A stretch of 64,000 nt of DNA from Octopus vulgaris. Taxonomy: Eukaryota. The notes under the pieces are model-generated. The model searched no databases. It was not told the DNA's origin and was given only the letters and a program-made list of their open reading frames with translations. The stretch is from positions 18,414,001 to 18,478,000 of the forward strand of contig OX597824.1 in the NCBI GenBank assembly GCA_951406725.2, read 5' to 3'. The position numbers and the translations under genes were made by a program. Each line of letters opens with the position of its first letter. The stretch's first letter is position 1. Shown here one piece after another: positions 57,341 to 64,000 of this stretch.

Positions 57341-57725
57341 CGTCTTTAGCAAGTTCTCCTTTTAATCACTTAATTTAAGCAAATTTAATCCAATTTGACC
57401 GCCATTTACTCTTTTCAACGGCCACTTGATATCCATATCCCATTCTCTTGACAATTGTATTTTTTCTCTTTTTTTTACATTCTTGGAAATGCGCATTGTC
57501 TACGTTTGCTCGGTGAAACATTCCCCCAAACACAGCTTCACCTACTGGTCAAATAAATGATAGACAAAGGTCGCCTAAAAAACATACTTTTGGTTCAACC
57601 CAATTGCGTAATGACTAGAGTTACTAGAAAGAGCAACCAAGTCTCCCAGGCCCTGAAGAAGATTAGACCGAATAAATACTGGTAAATTTGAAGTTACATA
57701 CAAGATTTGCAAAATATAACAAAGC

Positions 57726-57757
<32 letters not shown>

Positions 57758-57776
57758 GACGACGACGACGACGACG

Positions 57777-57807
<31 letters not shown>

Positions 57808-57966
57808 GTGCTGCTGCTGCTGCGGCTACTGCCGCCACCGTCACATCCACCACCGTCACATCCACCACCACAACTACTACTAATAATAATACCACAAGCA
57901 GCATCAGCACCAGTACTACCAACACCACCACCACCACATTCACCACCACCACCACCACCACCACCA

Positions 57967-58009
<43 letters not shown>

Positions 58010-58121
58010 AACAACTACTACTACTACAACAACTACTAATATTCCTCCTAATAATAAGAAAACGTTAAAAACAGTTTACCAGAAAGTGTTTAAGAAAGTA
58101 ATCAGAACGGGACTCCAAAAA

Positions 58122-58154
58122 GTAGAGTTCAATAAAAATCATGTTTGTTTAGTA

Positions 58155-58200
<46 letters not shown>

Positions 58201-58347
58201 GGAGATATATTTAAGAATTTACAAAATATTGTAGAGGAATAACTTATCTTTCTGACATTTTCTCTTGTGTGTAGCTAAAGAGAAAATGCCAGAAAGATAA
58301 GTTATTCCTCTACAATATTTTGTAAATTCTTAAATATTTTTCTTTTT

Positions 58348-58403
<56 letters not shown>

Positions 58404-58436
58404 TACCAAACAAACAAGATTTTTATTGAACTCTAC
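58122..58436. repeat. Nested palindrome with two (TA)n tracts
   Basis: Outer arms 58122-58157 and 58401-58436; inner palindrome 58207-58337. Confidence 0.92.
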
Positions 58437-58605
58437 ATGACCATGGAATTGCACCTACCGAGTTCCCCTCCGAGGCAAAAGTTCGGGCAAAGTTGTTTGT
58501 GGAAGACCACACACACATATATACACACATACATATATATATTTATATATATGTATGTGTGACCGATCGACTCCTTGCAAGTACATTTGGTAACTGAAAC
58601 GTCTT

Positions 58606-58670
<65 letters not shown>

Positions 58671-59100
58671 TGTGTGTGTGCGTGTTACTTCTGAAGATTC
58701 ACCGGCGCAATTTCGAAATCACAGCTATCTATGTTTAAATTTTTATGGAAATGAATAGCTGCTTTTCTTTTTCTTTTACCGATATTTGAGTTCTCTTACG
58801 ACGTAGTATTTGTTTCTTTTTGAATATTAATAAACACAATATAACTCTCATTACCAACGACCAGCCATTTTATATTTTGTATAAGAACACAGCATAACTG
58901 TTATAGATAAACACAAACATACACTCCCACACATTTATAACCATACGTATACATATTGTGTTCGTATGTGATCTTTCGGCGTACGTTCACGTAGAATGTA
59001 AACGTCATTATGTAAGATATATATATATATACATGTATATATATGTGTAAATGTGTACATATACACACAAGAATATATCTATGTGTGTATGTACATATAT

Positions 59101-59135
<35 letters not shown>

Positions 59136-59168
59136 AGCATATCTAAGTATGTGTATATACATATATAT

Positions 59169-59207
<39 letters not shown>

Positions 59208-59319
59208 TATACACAAACAAACATATACAAACAAACATATACACAAACAAACATATACACAAACAAACATATACAAACAAACATATACACAAACAAACAT
59301 ATACACAAACAAACACACA

Positions 59320-59382
<63 letters not shown>

Positions 59383-59725
59383 ACTTTTGTTCTTGTAATC
59401 TTATATTCTTACATACAAAAAAATTGACAGAACAAGCAACACAACGTGTGCTAAACCAAAACCATATTATGCCTAATTAACAAAATCAAAATGTTGTTAA
59501 AAGTTAGCGATAAGATAAAATATATTTTAAAGTGAGTGTCAGTTCTATAAGAGCAATGCCTAATAAAGAAAATAGACAAAGACGCGACGTGTCAGTTAGT
59601 CCAGATACTTAAGTGACACTATCTGTGGAGCTAGATTATAGATCCAGACATTTCTTGACAGAATTTATCAGATTCTAGAGCGTGACAAGAAAGTGGTTAT
59701 AATACTTGAATACCGAAGTCATGTC

Positions 59726-59801
<76 letters not shown>

Positions 59802-59997
59802 GTGCTTGTCTGTACGTATATACGAATGCATATGCGCATACATATATTCATGTATATTTATGTATGTGTGTATATGTGTGTGCATGTGTGTGAGTGTGCA
59901 TATGTATGTATATAAATATATATTTGTGTGTATGTGTATATACACATATATATACGTGTGTGTGTATATATATATATACATATATACACGCATACAT

Positions 59998-60037
<40 letters not shown>

Positions 60038-60077
60038 TTGCATATACAGATATGTATGTATGTGTGTGTGCGTGTAT

Positions 60078-60126
<49 letters not shown>

Positions 60127-60661
60127 CATATACATATACATATATATATATATATGCATACTTATGATATATACATTCATATATACATATATGTTTATCT
60201 ATCTATCTCTATACACACACACATACACTCACACATATATATATATATATATATATGAAATTATAAATCTATATAAAATGACATATACATCTATTTTAAA
60301 CTATGTATATATAAGTATGTATGTATGTATGTATGTATGTATGTATATGAGAGAGAGAGGGGGAGGTAGAGAGAGGGGGAGAGAGAGAGTGAGAGAGAGA
60401 GAGAAGCACAATCTTTGATATCCGGCCTTCTTGTGTACAGTGCACGAACTGTCGTTGACCGCATAAATATTCACATCTCACCATTATAGTTTCCTACTCA
60501 TATTTTCCGTTACTGCAAGTGTCGTCACATCCGCCCAATTCGCAGAGCTTTCTTTTGCACAATCGATTGCCATCTGAAACCTGCATCGAAGAATTATAGC
60601 CAGCTGATCCACAATAATATTGCGATACTATTTCTTCCAATTATTTTTATTATTGTTATTG

Positions 60662-60706
<45 letters not shown>

Positions 60707-60743
60707 GTTATTATTTTTATTATTATTATCATTATTATTGTTA

Positions 60744-60852
<109 letters not shown>

Positions 60853-60854
60853 CA

Positions 60855-60888
<34 letters not shown>

Positions 60889-60969
60889 CATTGTTATTAT
60901 TATTATTATTATTATCATCACCATAATCATCATCATCATCATCATCTTCATCCTTATTATTATTATTAT

Positions 60970-61018
<49 letters not shown>

Positions 61019-61454
61019 ACCGCATTTTCTGCTCATGAAATGCACTATTTTCTTCGGAAAATATTCTCTCAATATTTGCCTGTAAAATATTGCACAGAAA
61101 TGTGAAGTATTACAGCATTCAAAATTTTATATACAACCCTGAGCTCGTCAAATATTTCCGCAAATTTGAATTCATTCATAAGAATTATATTCCAGTGCTA
61201 TAATAATAAACATTTATATTCGTTTTGTAATTTGCAGATTTTAAGTCATACATTTTATAATTTGCAGATTTTAAGTCATAAATTTAGGATGGTTTTCCGT
61301 CACTTGTTTTGCTTGGATGATATGTCACTTGGTATACGTTCGCGTCCAAGCGTCGAAATTAAGTGTTTTAAACAGTGAATACATTAGTAAAAAGCTGTGG
61401 GCAATAGTTTTAGTTGTAACTGGTAACACAGGCGACACAAAGCTCGCGTATTTA

Positions 61455-61772
61455 GTCTTTTACTTTTTTACTTTTTTTCTTGTTTCAGTCATTTGACTGC
61501 GGCCATGCTGGAGCACTGCCTTTAGTCGAGCAAATCGACCCCAGGACTTATTTTTTGTAAGCCTAGTACATATTCTATCGGTCTCTTTTTCCAAACCGTT
61601 AAGTTACGTAAACACACCAGCTTCGGTTGTCAAGCGACGTTGGGGGACAAACACAGACACACAAACCTATACACACAAATAATAAGTCCTAGGCGTCAAT
61701 TTGCTCGACTAACGGCGGTGCTCCAGCATGGCCGCAGTCAAATGACTGAAACAAATAAAAGAAAGTAAAAGA
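61455..61772. mobile_element. Fold-back (inverted duplication) of the SINE family A 3' part
   Basis: About 61468-61552 is the reverse complement of about 61680-61770; there is no tRNA head. Confidence 0.8.
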
Positions 61773-62239
61773 AACTGCTGAAAAATGATTAACCCCAAGA
61801 AAACAAGTGGATTGCTGGTTTTTCAGTTGGTGGAGTGATCAAGGGCGGTTCAGGAATCGCCAAAGAATGTGGTATCTATAAAGATAACGTTGACCCAGAA
61901 ACCAGTCCCAATGTTGATTGTGTTGTATATGACAGCAGTAATAAATGTGTTAATATGAATTGTATCTGTTAGACAGTAAGCTAAGCTACAGGGTCTTCAG
62001 TTATCTGTGATAATCTAGAGAAACATATTTCACATCAAAGATAAGTCTAAAAGAGGTGAGGAAATTTTCGTTTTTATCAACTTTAATTTTCACACACAAT
62101 ATAATGGGGGTATTCGAATATAATGGGGTAATTGGTACAGCACTGATCTACATAAAATACAATATAGTTCAGTGGATATCACAGGCAGATGGCGCTTGAG
62201 AATATATTTGAAACGCTTCCACGGGAACCGGGAATATGT

Positions 62240-62432
62240 GGAGGCACATGGCCTAGTGGTTAGAGCAGCGGACTCGCGATCAAGGTATCGTGGGTTCGAA
62301 TCTCAAACCGTGTGATCTGTGTGTTTATGAGCGAAACGCCTAAGCTCCACGCGTCCAGGTAAGGAACCTCTACGCCAATGAAACCGGAAAACCGGCCCTT
62401 ATGAGCCAGGCATGGCTTGTGAAGGAACAAAC
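62240..62432 (+). mobile_element. Short SINE: family-C-like head with family-D-like tail
   Basis: GGAGGCACATGGCCTAGTGGTTAGAGCAGCGGACTCGCG head; GAAACCGGAAAACCGGCCC tail. Confidence 0.68.
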
Positions 62433-62711
62433 AAACCTGGAATGTAATAAAGTATTGTGGACAACGTTTAACAAATGTGTTCGGTAGAAAAGCTTTGTAA
62501 ATACATTATTAATTTCTTCTAAATTAAGTCTTAGGAAATATATATTTATTTAAATTATTTACAATTGAAGGATATTCGTCCTCAACTTGTTTGTTGTTAA
62601 CACAACGCTTCGGCTGATAATCCCTCCAGCCTTCTTCAGGTGTCTTGGGGAAATGTCGAACCTGGGTTCTCATTCCTAAGGTATTTTTCGATGTTGTTAT
62701 TATTGTTATTA

Positions 62712-62785
<74 letters not shown>

Positions 62786-62802
62786 CACTTCACCATATGC
62801 CC

Positions 62803-63139
62803 ACGGGCATATGGTGTAGTGGTTAAGAGTGCGGGCTACTAACCCCAAGATTACGAGTTCGATTCCAGGCAGTGACCTGAATAATAATAATATTAATAAT
62901 AATAATTATAAGTAATAATAATAATAATAATAATAACAACAACAACAACAACAACATCGAAAAATACCTTAGGAATGAGAACCCAGGTTCAAAATTTCCC
63001 CAAGACACCTGATGAAAGCTGGAGGGTATATCAGCCAAAACATTGTGTTAACAACAATCAAGATGAAGCCGAATAACCATCAATTGTAAATAATGTAAAT
63101 AGTGTACATAATTCCTCATCTCTTAAATATAGAACCGTA
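62803..63139 (+). mobile_element. tRNA-head + (AAT)n + hammerhead-tail element, preceded by its own inverted partial copy (about 62545-62802)
   Basis: A-box TGGTGTAGTGG, B-box GAGTTCGATTCC, (AAT)n/(AAC)n spacer, tail with CTGATGA-stem II-(G>A)AAAC. Confidence 0.85.
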
Positions 63140-63368
63140 TATATTTATGTATCATCAAAGCATTTAATTTCCAAAATATATCTTGTTAAGTACGGGATGC
63201 CTATTATCAATTATATCGTCTTTTAAGACGGAAACTTCAATACTTACATTCATCGTATAATATAACACCAGAATTACATGAACATTTTTTTTTCTCGTTT
63301 TATTATGAACCTCATTCATTTCCAAACCATCCAGTTCCAGAGGCATGCCCTTAAAATTATCACAGTGG

Positions 63369-63750
63369 TGGAAGCACTCCGTCGGTTACGACGACGAGGG
63401 TTCCGATTGATCTGATCAACGGAACAGCCTGCTCGTGAAATTAACGTGTAAGTGGCTGAGCACTCCACAGACACGTGCACCCTTAACGTAGTTCTCGGGG
63501 ATATTCATCGTGACACAGAGAGTGACAAGGCCGGCTCTTTGAAATACAGGCACAACAGAAACAGGAAGTAAGAGTGAGAGAAAATTGTGGTGAAGGAGTA
63601 CAGCAGGGATCGCCACCATCCCTGCCGGAGCCTCGTGGAGCTTTAGGAGTTTTTGCTCAATAAACACTCACAACGCCCGGTCTGGGAATCGAAACCGCGA
63701 TCCTACGACCGCAAGTCCGCTGCCCTAACCACTGGGCCATTGCGCCTCCA
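63369..63750 (-). mobile_element. SINE family C
   Basis: Full copy with TSD AAATT(A/C)TCACAGT. Confidence 0.9.
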
Positions 63751-64000
63751 CAAATTCTCACAGTACAGTTTTATAAGACCGTCAGTCGTTTTTGGTACAT
63801 ACATCTCCTTCTGCAACAGCTGACTCCTTGAGATTATAAAAAAATACTAGCTTCTTATTTTATTTACTTCAGGAAGCTGACAAACAGTCGTGATAAAGAT
63901 TAATAAATTATTTCCGTGTGTGCAAAACAAAACTGAATAAGTAAAAGCGATCCACTCGCAACAAAATCTCACACACACACAGCATACTATCATTAGGCAT

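Noticed and set aside
59215-59315. Tandem repeat of about 14-16 bp units (ACAAACAAACATATAC)
   Set aside because: Degenerate microsatellite derivative with no further structure.
62803-62879. tRNA gene
   Set aside because: A and B boxes are present but the acceptor and T stems do not pair properly, and it is attached to a repeat body. The same applies to the other SINE heads.

Overview
AT-rich eukaryotic DNA, dense in microsatellites and interspersed repeats; the repeat families suggest an octopus genome (inference). No host protein-coding gene can be called with confidence. Almost all ORFs in the track are (TA)n/(CA)n/(AAT)n artefacts or SINE read-through. The only near-intact coding unit is a 5.4-kb L1/Tx1-clade non-LTR retrotransposon (22838-28274, minus strand). 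It has a perfect 16-bp target-site duplication (TSD) and sits inside the tRNA-derived head of a SINE. The rest is at least four tRNA-derived SINE families, mariner/Tc1/hAT/Helitron derivatives, and remnants of R4/Dong, CR1-like, HERO-like and Penelope elements. Most notable: (1) a Pol III tRNA-head + (AAT)n + Penelope-type minimal hammerhead ribozyme element in several copies; (2) a hammerhead with a G3-C8 compensatory core swap; (3) two SINE-LINE pairs with shared 3' tails, one with the Tx1 element; (4) recurrent long fold-back palindromes at (TA)n/(ATT)n tracts, several of which duplicate flanking DNA in inverted orientation. All alignments were done by eye.
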